This document shows positions 12,366 through 26,615 of a stretch of DNA of 64,000 bases, one piece after another. The notes under the pieces are model-generated. The model saw only the letters and a list, made by a program, of their open reading frames with translations. It had not been told where the DNA came from and searched no databases. Source of the DNA: Amoebophrya sp. A120 (lineage: Eukaryota; Protista; Dinoflagellata). Each line of letters opens with the position of its first letter. The first letter of the stretch is position 1. The position numbers and the translations under genes are program-made. The stretch spans positions 186,001-250,000 of the forward strand of contig CAJINV010000010.1 in NCBI GenBank assembly GCA_905178155.1, in the 5' to 3' direction.

Positions 12366-14378
12366 TCACGCCGTCTCCTGTCCCACCTGCACTCGCGCTT
12401 CCATCATACTTCCCACCGCCCCGTACGGCCCTTTCCGCACATACAGCTCCAACATTTCCAATCCCTGTTCATCCAGCAATTGCCGGCACACTTCCGTCTT
12501 TTCCAACAAATTCTTCACAAACAAATGCTTCTCCACCCGCCCGTCGTGCGTCGTTTCCGAGCCGAAATCCAGCAGAATCTGCCTTATTTCGTCCGACTCA
12601 ATCAGCATCCTCGCGCAGCTGAAGTCACAGGCGAGGTTCGCGAGTAACTGGTACAAAAACGGCCTTAATTCCGCATTCAAACTCTGTTTCGTCAATAACT
12701 CCAACGCCGGCCGGATCACGTGGGGGGCGATTTTCAGATTCGCTTTGGACTCTTGGTTTTTCTCCGTACTGGTCGTCGCAATGATCCAGGCGACCAACCC
12801 TGCTTTGCAGATTTCCGGATTCGTGGATTTCGCTATCGCCCCCTTCGCGAACTCCACCCAGTTTGACTCCACTACCGCGTTCTTCTGGCTATGGAAGCGT
12901 CAGGATCGAAATCATCAAAGTTGAAATAGTTTGTGATGCATAAAACCGATACCAGTCGGAAGCCCACTTATGAAGCGGCGCATGACAAATTTTCAGAGCA
13001 CCGGAGTCCAATTTGTCGTGCTGTTTGGGCACAGAAGACCGCTTTTGTCGTGCTACTCTAGTAGCGCTATTCCAAACCCTAAACAGGCTCACAATCGGCA
13101 TCACTTGCCTTCCCGGCAAGACAGGCGCTTCATGCTTTGCATTTTATGCATGGCAAATCATTTCAACTCTGTCGATTTCAAACCTGACGCTTCCATATTG
13201 GCTGTTGGGGAAGTGCACCTGAAACACCGCGCCGAACATTTTTAACAAGTATCCTGTGCAAAAGTATCGTACTCGTACTAATTGCAATCATGCATGACAA
13301 ATCTTGTTTCTTAGCGAAATCAGCATTACAAATTCCATTTTTCCTTCTGGAAAAACTTGTATTGCGATTTATACTAGTACGATACTTTTGCAATGCATAA
13401 CAAGCAGAGCTTCGCGATTTCGTTCGTGTTCGGGGCGGCGAGGAATTCTTCCACGTACTTTAGAATCAACTGCTCGTACAAATCGTTGAAATAGTTCTCC
13501 GGCTCTTGTTGTAAAATGAAGCAGCAGAAGAGCACGCACATTGGCGCGATCTTCGGGTCTAAGGAGAGTTGCATATTATCTCCCTCGGTCAGTTCTTGTT
13601 TGATCAAATTCGGCAGGTTTTCCGTTAGTAATAATTTGCGTCCGTATCTGCTCGTCCCCAACTGCTCAAATAGCTGCACCGCATTCAGCTTCAACAAGAT
13701 ATCCTCTGTGAAATACGCTTGGACTAGAAGTTGAAATGCGGACTTCGGCACTTCTACGTCCGCGGAAATCAAGTCCGCGACGAGTTGTAGATACCGGAAT
13801 TTCTTCTCGTCATCCTCCGTTTGCGCGGACACGAGGAGGGAGAAGTCCTGCGAGTTGTGTTCTTCAGTATTGACTAGCTCCACTCGTTCTTTCACCCCAG
13901 TTTCGCAGAGCAATTTCGTCAATAAATTCGCCGTCTTCAAATCCTGCTTCAACATCCAGGCGAAGTTGTCGAATTTCAACAAATCGGCAGTGATGAGGTT
14001 GCTCCTCGCTTCGACAGCGGTGTCCCCATCTAACGACAGCAGTAATTCCAAAACCGGTTGAATCAGGTTTGCCTGCTCCTCAAATTTCTCCGCGGTGGCT
14101 CTGTTTCGCCCGGACGTTGATAGTGGTTTCCACAATTTCGTGACGAAGGTTGCGAATTTGTCCCAAAGCTGGCTGTACTGGAGCAGCCGTTTGAGAACTT
14201 GTAGTCGCTGGACGTCGGACAGGTGGTCTTTATTGTTGTTTTGGTTCTGTTGCGGCGTGGTGTCGGTGAGGTAGTTGAGAATGTGGGTGTTTTGGACCAA
14301 TTCCATCGCGTTTTCGACTGTGTCCGGCGACCGGAGGAAGTCCGCCAGGGTGGACTCGCGGGGAGAGAGGGCGGACAT
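12366..14378 (-). CDS. PSMD5: 26S proteasome assembly chaperone PSMD5/S5b (Hsm3)-like, ~514 aa, 3 exons
   Basis: Exons 14378-13400, 13244-13198 and 12884-12366 are in frame. Motifs FRYLQLV, DILLKLNAVQLF and LYVRKGPY resemble PSMD5 from memory; length fits. Confidence 0.75.
12890..13197. mobile_element. Introner family B (308 bp, orientation 1)
   Basis: TIR TATGGAAGCGTCAGG..GAAATC..CA.AGTTGAAAT; DR CTGGC/TTGGC. Confidence 0.9.
13250..13399. mobile_element. Introner family A (150 bp)
   Basis: TIR core TGCAAAAGTATCGTACT; DR ACAAG. Confidence 0.9.
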
Positions 14379-15194
14379 GGTCTTTGGTGATTGGGAGTCT
14401 TTTGCTTTGTGGTCTTGTTGGGAATTCTTGGGAAAATGAAAGTGGTATACTCAGAAGAACTTCTAGATATTAACGCCAAGAAGAGCTCTTGTTGTTGATG
14501 TTCAACCCATCGTCGAATCCATGTTCGTGTGTACTGTCCTCTCGAAGTTGTTCAGTTCCATATACTTGGATTAGCTAGTGGATATGTTGGTGAACCGCCA
14601 TCGTGAAATTCATTGTATCGATCCGGTCCATCGAGAAGTAGATCAAACATCAACAAGCCAAAGCTATTTCAGTTAAAATCGGATGTGGGAGGTATACATA
14701 GCCGAGGAGCTGCTGTTTGTTGTGATTTAGTGTTGGGGGCTCGAACATAAAGCGTTAATGTTGTTGATCGCAGGTACATTTCAAACTGTCTTCAGGCACA
14801 ATTTCGGCCGTGGGGCTAGGGGTAGTGACAAAGCAAATCTTCATATTAAGTGATCATATTAAGCACGGTCGAAATACAGGGAGGAACATCACAACTATGG
14901 CAAACTGCCGCAACTTGTTTCGGAAAGAACTGCGCGAGCAAGTCACTTTTTCCAGTTACACGACACAGCAAGCAGACTGCTTGCTTTCCATCTATGGCAG
15001 CTGGCGAGCAGTCGTCGGACCAGATCATGCCCCCAACCCGCCTTCGGAGACCTACAAGTACGCTGCGCCACCAGCCACAACAAACGGCCTGGCGCGCGAG
15101 GCCGCATGCACGCTGGCACAGCCAAGAACAATAAGACACCACACGCCACACCACTAATGGCAGATGGGCAGGGCGGGAGTCAGTCTGTCACAAA

Positions 15195-16010
15195 CACGGC
15201 CCGGCTGCGCTGGCGGGACGGGGAGCAAAACTGCACCAACACAGCCGCCGAAGCTAGCCAAGGCTGAGGCTGGCGGCCCACAGGCAGCCGCAGACCAGCG
15301 GGCGCGGACGCGGGGGGCGGAACCGAAGCGAAAACAACCGCCCCGCCCCCTCTCGGGGCGGCCGGGCCGGCGGGCCGCCCGAAGGCCCGCCCCCGGCCCT
15401 AGGAAGCCGGGGCGGGCGCGCGGGCTTCACACCATGCCGCCGGGGCTAGCAGGGGGGGCGGTAGCCGGCAGGGCGCGGGCCGCGTCTCCTCGAACTGATC
15501 GCGCGAATCAATTTGATTGCGCCGGGCCGGTGCGTGCCGGGTTTTTTGAAGGCTTCGCCAGGGCTTTGGCTCGCGTACGTGGCCGCCACTTCCGGCCGAC
15601 CTGCCTCCCCGCGCCAAAGAGGGCGGCCGCCCCGCTAGGCCCGGCGCCAGTGCCCGCGGCGCGCCGCCCTACCGATGGCCCCCGCGGCGCGCGCGAAGGC
15701 GCGGCGGGGGCAGGGCGGAGCACGTGCGCAATCGCTTCGGCGGCGCAGCGATCCAAACAAGGGCGGCCCGGCGGCCAAGAAACCGGCGAAGCCCGAGCCC
15801 CGCGCGAGCTCGGAACCTCACGAAACCCCCCGCCCCCGCCCGCCAGCCCTTGGGGAAGGCCTCCGCCCTCCCGAGTCACAAAGCCGGCCGCCTCCGCCTG
15901 CGCTTCGTTCGGTCGGCGGCCCTCCTCCGGCTGCCCGCCCCACCGGAGCCACTGCGCCAGGCCTCGCCACAAGCCTGCGGCGGCTGGAAGACCACGCGCC
16001 GGCGCTGTCT
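15195..16010. other. GC-rich intergenic island
   Basis: Composition shift; no credible protein. Confidence 0.7.
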
Positions 16011-16830
16011 TGGCATCGCCTACAGGTTTTCTGCTTCACATCTCACTGGAAGCCCGCCTGCGTCTCTTTGGTGTCCTCGAAAAAAAAGGAACACAACGAG
16101 AAGGACGGCGCGACGTTGTGCGCGTGCCTGTCGATCGGACGACGAGTCTCGGCGCTGCGGTTTTATTACCAGTGCGCTTCTACTAGCTCTAATGAATACC
16201 CATGTCGTCAACACTGGTGCACAGACAAGTCGCGGTTCTTCTTTTTCAACAACTCAATTCTTGTTTGTGTTTTTATTCTCAGTCAAACTTTCTGCATCTT
16301 GGACTGTCCTGTGGATTGGTAGAAGTATAAATTTCAGCGACTCCTGCGCCGGCGACGAGAGTAAAAACAAAAAAAACTCCCTGGCGAAAAAACAAAAAAG
16401 TAACTCATCCATCGGCCTCAAATACGCAGTCGAACTGCCGCCGGAGGTGCAGTGGAATAATTTGCAATTCGATAGCGCGTTCACGTTCTTCAACCGCATT
16501 GAGGAGAGCCGAAAAGTCGTTAAATTTCAAATGTGTCCGTACCGTTCTCGTATTGTAAGTAGGTGACGCACCACGCCGACGCATTCGCATCAATTGCTAT
16601 GTGGCAAATAGGGCTGTCGACTGGCGGTGGCGCTGATTCGGTCTACATAACTGCTTTACCGGATCAAAACAAGAGCGCACCTTCGCCGGCGAAGCGACAA
16701 ACTACAAAAAAGAAAAATTACAAAAACGTAGTTAAAGTACTTTGTATTTACTTGTACAGTACTTCTTGAAGAAAGACCTCCAGACATCAAGAGCAGTTAC
16801 TTCCCCATCCTAGTTCTTCGTCCTCTAGGT

Positions 16831-17404
16831 CTATTGCGCCCGACTCACAAATTTCATTTCCTCCGACCCCACCGCTACGTGGTCGCAATACTGACAAATC
16901 CCGTCTACAATCCACGGCAGCACCTCCCTCTGCCCGTTTTCCGGGTAGCTGATGCAGTTGGTGTTCTTGCACGACAAAATTTCAACAAAGTTCGACGCTG
17001 CTCCTTTCTCCGAATCTTCCGGGGTGGTTGCCGTAGTCGCCGTGATTTTGCTCGAAGACGTTGAAGAAGCTGCTGGGGGACCGCAAACCTGCAGTTTCTC
17101 CCCGTCAAAACCCGTTTTCAACACTTTCCTCAGCCCCTCCTCCTGGTCAAACCATCCGCCCAGCAACCCGAGCAAAATCGTCCGCACAAAATACCCGTTC
17201 CTCGATTGCGCGTCCCACCCGTTCTATGGATTGCAAAAATGTCTGGGTCTGGAGTCTTGTGATGCAAGAAAGGGAATAGTGAACTCACTATAATGCGCTG
17301 TCAAGCATGACAAGTTTTTTTCATGGTTCTGAGTTGCGTACTCCGCATCACAAGCTGCGTTTTTGCATGACAGGGAGGAGGAGCTCTTCGCGGCCATGCA
17401 GCAC
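16831..17404 (-). other. Duplicate last exon of the ATCase gene plus truncated family C introner at the contig end
   Basis: Matches the region starting at 26616; runs into the N gap. Confidence 0.85.
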
Positions 17405-17504
17405 NNNNNNNNNNNNNNNNNNNNNNNNNNNNNNNNNNNNNNNNNNNNNNNNNNNNNNNNNNNNNNNNNNNNNNNNNNNNNNNNNNNNNNNNNNNNNNNN
17501 NNNN
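17405..17504. other. Assembly gap (100 N)
   Basis: Run of n. Confidence 1.
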
Positions 17505-18957
17505 CTTCGACTACACCTAGCACGGGACTACGTAAAAGACTTGCGTTATATCAGTACAGATATCAATCTAGCGGATGGATTGACGAAACCACTTCCAGGA
17601 GAGAAGTATACTCAAATCTTCAAAGCTCCTTCAAGAAAAGCTAATGAAGTATTTGCGAAAGCTCATTTTGTTGATTTCAATAATCTCTAGGATTTATTGA
17701 GGCGAATTTCACAAGAATTCATCACATCAAAGATTTCTCGAGATGGTTTCAGGTCCATTCGGAAGGGGGAGTGTAGGTATGATCAAGAAACACGACCTAA
17801 ATCGATCTTGACACACCGTCCCGCTCTGAGTGCAAAATTGAAATCACGATGTAAATCAAGATGAACTGATGATGATTCAAAATGAGGTCTAACCGAAATC
17901 ACGATGTAAATTTGATGGTGACGATCAACGATTGTTGATCTGATTTTAGCGTATACTATGGCGATTCGAGACTGATTTTGAAGTACCCCAAAGCTTGAAT
18001 GTTTACCCGCAGGCTGTGCGTTAGTACCATTCAGATTGATTGCAACTAGAAACGCCTTCAAACAGGGCCTATTTACACTTCACTCAAAGATGACCAGTGT
18101 TCAAATCGCCCGCGTTTCTTGCGTTGTTGATTGTCTTCCGACACATTTCCATTTATGTGGCTAGTCAAACAGGAAGACCTCGCAATTTTCGAAGTCCTTT
18201 TTTCATCTTGATGTCCTTTATTGAAAAATTTGTGCAAAGTGTGCAAATGCTTTCGCGATTTTTGGGCCTCAAAAAAATGCATTCAAGGGGGGGGCATAAA
18301 CTAGGGTTAAGGGCACACCCAGAGCAGAGATTATTTGGGCCTCCGAAAGGTCGAGATGATCACTCCCGGAGACCCAACGCCCCCGCTCCTCACACTAGTG
18401 AAAAGCACTAATTAAGCCGCGCCCCAGTACCTTGCTCCAACATCTTCTTAAGCCGTTTTTTCATCTTGATGTCCTTTATTGAAAAATTTGTGCAACTTGA
18501 TTTGCGCTCTGGTGCTGTTTTTCTCTTTACTACGGAGTGGCATCTACCATGCGCGTTGATGCTAATGCCAAAAAAAAAAATGCGTCTGACTAAAATAACT
18601 GAATGCAACAATGAAGTTCCACGCGAAGATGAAGTAGGCTGAGACTGTGCGCAGCTTTGGTCTTTTGCAGTGAGTGTATATGACTAGGCTGGTGACCTCC
18701 AGCACGAGTTGTTTTTTCATGTTCGGCTCTCACTGGGAGATCAGGAGGAAAATTTGAATTTCTGCATAGCAATTTGCTACGATGTGAAGATGGTCGGAAA
18801 CTCTGAAAGTTGCTCTGTACTCGCATTTTGTTGCAGCCCGGGTGGTCGTTTTCAGAGTCACAATTATGATTCAGCTGTGTCTTTCTTGCTCGTCTTCTTC
18901 AAATGTCGTTGGAGAAACCGTACGTGTGGATTGCAGGAGGTACTGGAGGTGTTTCTC

Positions 18958-20060
18958 TTATTTCTTCTTCCCCTCTTCGTCATCCACCTCAGTGCAGGTG
19001 GAGCAGGTGGTGCTGTCGCTGCTTTTGACGGAGCATGTTCTTGGCGTGATGTCGTTATCTGCAGCCGAGCATAAGGTATTGTTTTTGTTCGTATTACTTT
19101 TTCCTTTTCCAATCTCGATCGTGTTTTCAATCTTTTCTCCCACCGCCGTTGACCTCGTTTTCCACACCAGGAACAAACACGTCAGCATTGGAATCCAGTA
19201 CGAGTAGAGCGGATGCGGGTACCACGGAATTTCTGGGTCCGGGAGCCGCTGCTGGTTCCAACCAAGGAGCTGGTGTGTTTTATTTTTGTTTGGTGAGCGA
19301 GTAGATCACGCATGACAGAACAGGGGAAACACAGTGGCAATTTAGTATATTTCTGCAATTACATACAAGTAGAAACACACGACCTCCGAAGTAGTAACAA
19401 GCAGTACCGACGTCCACAGCGGAAACGATATATGCCACTGGATGTGCCACTGCGCGTATTTTTTCGGATTTGGTTCCACTCTTCGGTAATACCTCGACAT
19501 CGCAAACGCGAAATACGCGTGCACCACTCCCATGATCCCGCAAAACCCGCTGAACAGGTCCAGAACTCGCTCGAACAACGCCACGTAGAGGTACAAGTAG
19601 CTCCCCAGCACCGCAAACACCGTGTCGACGAAGTGGCTCCAGTATCCTGTGCAAAAAGTATCGCACTCGTATAAATGCATTGCAAATTTCCTCAGCATGA
19701 GAAATAAAATTTGTAATGCAGATTTGCGGTGGAAACAAGATTTGTAATGCTAAGCTTGCACTTGTACGAGTACGATACTTTTGCACAGGATATCCAGCTC
19801 GGCCTTGCGAGCTCCAAATAGTCCGACCAGAAGGAGACCCAGGCCTGGAGGAACCAGTAGTACGGGGCGAGTTGGCAGAGGCCGAGGTGGTTCATGATGG
19901 GGAGTTTGCGGGCGATGAGCTCGGGATCGTTCCAGAAGAGGTAGATCAGCGCGTAGAACCAACAGGAAACGGCGTAGACGTAGTCCTTCTGGATCAGGGG
20001 GCGCCAGCTGGCCGGAACCCCGGACTTCTTCATGTCCTCCAGCGTCTGGAGGAAGGACAT
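18958..20060 (-). CDS. Duplicate of the multipass membrane protein gene
   Basis: ORF translations identical to 9173-10275. Confidence 0.7.
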
Positions 20061-22150
20061 TTTGACGAAGAAGTAGGTGTTGATGTGGCGCGGGTTGTTA
20101 TGAGCTACGTACTTTCTGGTCGTGCAGCTGCTCCTGCTGTAACTTAGAGTCTCTATGATGATCTAACTACGGGGGTAGTTTTACGGAAGGTCCAAGAACG
20201 CAGCTGCTAATGGTGGCCAGGGCCACATCTACAGCTTAGAAGACTTACTTAGACTCTCTTGTTGGGCAAAAAACGTCACACATAGGTAAAAGGTCACGGA
20301 GTGCAAATGCGGAAACGGACACCGATACGTGATGCAGAATAAATGAGGTCCTGGAGGAACAGAAATATTTGTGCTGGGTGAGGCGGGATGAGGCAAAAAG
20401 ACTGACAAAAAGTTTACTTCTCGCTGAGACTACCAGACGCTCGCTCGCGGTCGCAATATGAAGGTTTCCTCGCACGAAGTAAGCAGACAAAACAGATCAT
20501 CATCAACATGAATGAAAGCCTATCTCTCTTCATGACTTCTTCGTCTGAGCTCCTTTCGCTGTTGATAGCAAGGCTGCTCCTGCTCGTGTCCTCGGCTATC
20601 TAATCAATAGCTGACGGCCCCGATCCCGAACTCTGACAAATGGATACAAAAATAAAATAGACTTTATCAGACACGACAGCATGCGCCAACTACACTTGAT
20701 GAAGATAGACGAAGAGCAGACGTCGTCGGGCCCCCTTCTATCTTCGATACGCGGCCGCATGCAGGGCGAGCAACTGAATGCGCCCGCTCGCACGCCCGCG
20801 GCGCGGCAAGGGTTGCAACGAGGCGGGGCGCCACCAAGGCGAACACACAACCAGGGCCGGCGGCCAAGGCAAACGACGCCGCGGCGCAGGCGCCAAGTCC
20901 GTAAGGAAGCGAACCCGCCCGGCCGCCGCCCGCGCGGCGCAAGGATGAAAGGCGGGCGCGCGCCACACACCCGCCTACCCCTACGGCCAAGCAACGGCGA
21001 CGCACGTGGATGGGGGGGGCCCACGCTCGCAGCATGGCCCCAGGGCTTCTCGCTACTCGCGCGCCGCTGTCTCCAGGTAGGCCCTGAGAAAAAACAAAGC
21101 TGGAGGGCGCCCGCGCGGGCGCGCGTGCATGTTTGGGAAGGGGCCGCCCGGCACTCGTTTGCTTGCTTTTAATTTGCCGGCACCCGCGCCGCGGCCCGCC
21201 GCCTTGCCTTCCGGCTTGCGCGGGTTTCGCGCACCGTGGCCAGGTTCTGTAAATCACACACCGAGCACGGCGAAAGCCTGCGCCTGAAGCCCGGGCAGGG
21301 ACAGGGCGCCGGGACGCTCGCCAAAGTTTCACCGCCACCCCGATGGCGGGCCGCCGGGCCACCACGGACAACCAGGCGCGCGGGCGCCCCGAAGAAAACG
21401 GCCGCCCTAGGCAACGGCGGGGAGCCATCCAATTCCGGGGGCCGGCTCGAAGCCTTTCCACCTTGCTGCGCCCGCTCCCTCCCGGCGCGGCGTTGGGCTT
21501 GCTACCTAGCAACAACCTCACCGGCCCGCCTTCGCGCGCGGGTCGCCGCCGGGGTCTCCTTTTCAAATCGTAGGCAGTTCAGGACGCATTCGAATCCGTT
21601 CCGGGGAAAACTCCCGCGCGTCGATTTGCAAAGCCTCCGCGGGACTTGCTGCGTTGCTTCGCGCGATCCACAGCGGCCGCGATCTCGGCCGCGCGCGCGA
21701 CTTTGCGCCCGCGTCCCTCACTACGGCGCGGGCGCGCATAATCGCGCGGCGGGCAGGCGCGGGCCGCCCAATTACAGTTAGCCGGTGGCGCTGTGGCCGC
21801 GGGTGCTGGGCCAGTGGGTGCGTAGTCCCCTGTAGATGTCAACGACGCCTCCTGCTGAAGCGGCTTGTAACAAATACTCCTGCACTGCTGGACTCAGCCG
21901 AACACACTAGAGGAGGGCGTGATCGCGGGAAAGCCCTTCCCGGGTACGAGCTTGGACATCTTAGTAAGTACTTTTGTTCAGCTCTGTCAGTGTCGTCAGT
22001 AAAAATAGTGCGAAGTGGATATCGATATCGTCACAATTACGGACCACCTGTGAAGATATGAAACAAAGCTAAGTCATCAACTGACATCACGATCACCGTC
22101 GCATCATCTTCAAAAAAGCCATCCTCTCGTCTCCTCCTCGTCGTCCCATC

Positions 22151-24163
22151 TCACGCCGTCTCCTGTCCCACCTGCACTCGCGCTTCCATCATACTTCCCA
22201 CCGCCCCGTACGGCCCTTTCCGCACATACAGCTCCAACATTTCCAATCCCTGTTCATCCAGCAATTGCCGGCACACTTCCGTCTTTTCCAACAAATTCTT
22301 CACAAACAAATGCTTCTCCACCCGCCCGTCGTGCGTCGTTTCCGAGCCGAAATCCAGCAGAATCTGCCTTATTTCGTCCGACTCAATCAGCATCCTCGCG
22401 CAGCTGAAGTCACAGGCGAGGTTCGCGAGTAACTGGTACAAAAACGGCCTTAATTCCGCATTCAAACTCTGTTTCGTCAATAACTCCAACGCCGGCCGGA
22501 TCACGTGGGGGGCGATTTTCAGATTCGCTTTGGACTCTTGGTTTTTCTCCGTACTGGTCGTCGCAATGATCCAGGCGACCAACCCTGCTTTGCAGATTTC
22601 CGGATTCGTGGATTTCGCTATCGCCCCCTTCGCGAACTCCACCCAGTTTGACTCCACTACCGCGTTCTTCTGGCTATGGAAGCGTCAGGATCGAAATCAT
22701 CAAAGTTGAAATAGTTTGTGATGCATAAAACCGATACCAGTCGGAAGCCCACTTATGAAGCGGCGCATGACAAATTTTCAGAGCACCGGAGTCCAATTTG
22801 TCGTGCTGTTTGGGCACAGAAGACCGCTTTTGTCGTGCTACTCTAGTAGCGCTATTCCAAACCCTAAACAGGCTCACAATCGGCATCACTTGCCTTCCCG
22901 GCAAGACAGGCGCTTCATGCTTTGCATTTTATGCATGGCAAATCATTTCAACTCTGTCGATTTCAAACCTGACGCTTCCATATTGGCTGTTGGGGAAGTG
23001 CACCTGAAACACCGCGCCGAACATTTTTAACAAGTATCCTGTGCAAAAGTATCGTACTCGTACTAATTGCAATCATGCATGACAAATCTTGTTTCTTAGC
23101 GAAATCAGCATTACAAATTCCATTTTTCCTTCTGGAAAAACTTGTATTGCGATTTATACTAGTACGATACTTTTGCAATGCATAACAAGCAGAGCTTCGC
23201 GATTTCGTTCGTGTTCGGGGCGGCGAGGAATTCTTCCACGTACTTTAGAATCAACTGCTCGTACAAATCGTTGAAATAGTTCTCCGGCTCTTGTTGTAAA
23301 ATGAAGCAGCAGAAGAGCACGCACATTGGCGCGATCTTCGGGTCTAAGGAGAGTTGCATATTATCTCCCTCGGTCAGTTCTTGTTTGATCAAATTCGGCA
23401 GGTTTTCCGTTAGTAATAATTTGCGTCCGTATCTGCTCGTCCCCAACTGCTCAAATAGCTGCACCGCATTCAGCTTCAACAAGATATCCTCTGTGAAATA
23501 CGCTTGGACTAGAAGTTGAAATGCGGACTTCGGCACTTCTACGTCCGCGGAAATCAAGTCCGCGACGAGTTGTAGATACCGGAATTTCTTCTCGTCATCC
23601 TCCGTTTGCGCGGACACGAGGAGGGAGAAGTCCTGCGAGTTGTGTTCTTCAGTATTGACTAGCTCCACTCGTTCTTTCACCCCAGTTTCGCAGAGCAATT
23701 TCGTCAATAAATTCGCCGTCTTCAAATCCTGCTTCAACATCCAGGCGAAGTTGTCGAATTTCAACAAATCGGCAGTGATGAGGTTGCTCCTCGCTTCGAC
23801 AGCGGTGTCCCCATCTAACGACAGCAGTAATTCCAAAACCGGTTGAATCAGGTTTGCCTGCTCCTCAAATTTCTCCGCGGTGGCTCTGTTTCGCCCGGAC
23901 GTTGATAGTGGTTTCCACAATTTCGTGACGAAGGTTGCGAATTTGTCCCAAAGCTGGCTGTACTGGAGCAGCCGTTTGAGAACTTGTAGTCGCTGGACGT
24001 CGGACAGGTGGTCTTTATTGTTGTTTTGGTTCTGTTGCGGCGTGGTGTCGGTGAGGTAGTTGAGAATGTGGGTGTTTTGGACCAATTCCATCGCGTTTTC
24101 GACTGTGTCCGGCGACCGGAGGAAGTCCGCCAGGGTGGACTCGCGGGGAGAGAGGGCGGACAT
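22151..24163 (-). CDS. PSMD5: Duplicate of the PSMD5-like gene
   Basis: ORF translations identical to 12366-14378. Confidence 0.7.
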
Positions 24164-26615
24164 GGTCTTTGGTGATTGGGAGTCTTTTGCTTTGTGGTCT
24201 TGTTGGGAATTCTTGGGAAAATGAAAGTGGTATACTCAGAAGAACTTCTAGATATTAACGCCAAGAAGAGCTCTTGTTGTTGATGTTCAACCCATCGTCG
24301 AATCCATGTTCGTGTGTACTGTCCTCTCGAAGTTGTTCAGTTCCATATACTTGGATTAGCTAGTGGATATGTTGGTGAACCGCCATCGTGAAATTCATTG
24401 TATCGATCCGGTCCATCGAGAAGTAGATCAAACATCAACAAGCCAAAGCTATTTCAGTTAAAATCGGATGTGGGAGGTATACATAGCCGAGGAGCTGCTG
24501 TTTGTTGTGATTTAGTGTTGGGGGCTCGAACATAAAGCGTTAATGTTGTTGATCGCAGGTACATTTCAAACTGTCTTCAGGCACAATTTCGGCCGTGGGG
24601 CTAGGGGTAGTGACAAAGCAAATCTTCATATTAAGTGATCATATTAAGCACGGTCGAAATACAGGGAGGAACATCACAACTATGGCAAACTGCCGCAACT
24701 TGTTTCGGAAAGAACTGCGCGAGCAAGTCACTTTTTCCAGTTACACGACACAGCAAGCAGACTGCTTGCTTTCCATCTATGGCAGCTGGCGAGCAGTCGT
24801 CGGACCAGATCATGCCCCCAACCCGCCTTCGGAGACCTACAAGTACGCTGCGCCACCAGCCACAACAAACGGCCTGGCGCGCGAGGCCGCATGCACGCTG
24901 GCACAGCCAAGAACAATAAGACACCACACGCCACACCACTAATGGCAGATGGGCAGGGCGGGAGTCAGTCTGTCACAAACACGGCCCGGCTGCGCTGGCG
25001 GGACGGGGAGCAAAACTGCACCAACACAGCCGCCGAAGCTAGCCAAGGCTGAGGCTGGCGGCCCACAGGCAGCCGCAGACCAGCGGGCGCGGACGCGGGG
25101 GGCGGAACCGAAGCGAAAACAACCGCCCCGCCCCCTCTCGGGGCGGCCGGGCCGGCGGGCCGCCCGAAGGCCCGCCCCCGGCCCTAGGAAGCCGGGGCGG
25201 GCGCGCGGGCTTCACACCATGCCGCCGGGGCTAGCAGGGGGGGCGGTAGCCGGCAGGGCGCGGGCCGCGTCTCCTCGAACTGATCGCGCGAATCAATTTG
25301 ATTGCGCCGGGCCGGTGCGTGCCGGGTTTTTTGAAGGCTTCGCCAGGGCTTTGGCTCGCGTACGTGGCCGCCACTTCCGGCCGACCTGCCTCCCCGCGCC
25401 AAAGAGGGCGGCCGCCCCGCTAGGCCCGGCGCCAGTGCCCGCGGCGCGCCGCCCTACCGATGGCCCCCGCGGCGCGCGCGAAGGCGCGGCGGGGGCAGGG
25501 CGGAGCACGTGCGCAATCGCTTCGGCGGCGCAGCGATCCAAACAAGGGCGGCCCGGCGGCCAAGAAACCGGCGAAGCCCGAGCCCCGCGCGAGCTCGGAA
25601 CCTCACGAAACCCCCCGCCCCCGCCCGCCAGCCCTTGGGGAAGGCCTCCGCCCTCCCGAGTCACAAAGCCGGCCGCCTCCGCCTGCGCTTCGTTCGGTCG
25701 GCGGCCCTCCTCCGGCTGCCCGCCCCACCGGAGCCACTGCGCCAGGCCTCGCCACAAGCCTGCGGCGGCTGGAAGACCACGCGCCGGCGCTGTCTTGGCA
25801 TCGCCTACAGGTTTTCTGCTTCACATCTCACTGGAAGCCCGCCTGCGTCTCTTTGGTGTCCTCGAAAAAAAAGGAACACAACGAGAAGGACGGCGCGACG
25901 TTGTGCGCGTGCCTGTCGATCGGACGACGAGTCTCGGCGCTGCGGTTTTATTACCAGTGCGCTTCTACTAGCTCTAATGAATACCCATGTCGTCAACACT
26001 GGTGCACAGACAAGTCGCGGTTCTTCTTTTTCAACAACTCAATTCTTGTTTGTGTTTTTATTCTCAGTCAAACTTTCTGCATCTTGGACTGTCCTGTGGA
26101 TTGGTAGAAGTATAAATTTCAGCGACTCCTGCGCCGGCGACGAGAGTAAAAACAAAAAAAACTCCCTGGCGAAAAAACAAAAAAGTAACTCATCCATCGG
26201 CCTCAAATACGCAGTCGAACTGCCGCCGGAGGTGCAGTGGAATAATTTGCAATTCGATAGCGCGTTCACGTTCTTCAACCGCATTGAGGAGAGCCGAAAA
26301 GTCGTTAAATTTCAAATGTGTCCGTACCGTTCTCGTATTGTAAGTAGGTGACGCACCACGCCGACGCATTCGCATCAATTGCTATGTGGCAAATAGGGCT
26401 GTCGACTGGCGGTGGCGCTGATTCGGTCTACATAACTGCTTTACCGGATCAAAACAAGAGCGCACCTTCGCCGGCGAAGCGACAAACTACAAAAAAGAAA
26501 AATTACAAAAACGTAGTTAAAGTACTTTGTATTTACTTGTACAGTACTTCTTGAAGAAAGACCTCCAGACATCAAGAGCAGTTACTTCCCCATCCTAGTT
26601 CTTCGTCCTCTAGGT

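Larger units (their letters stand above)
7720..17404. repeat. Copy 1 of a 9.7-kb near-identical tandem duplication (offset 9785)
   Basis: The ORF track repeats exactly at +9785. Copies are separated by 100 N and visibly differ only in the last ~70 bp. Confidence 0.95.
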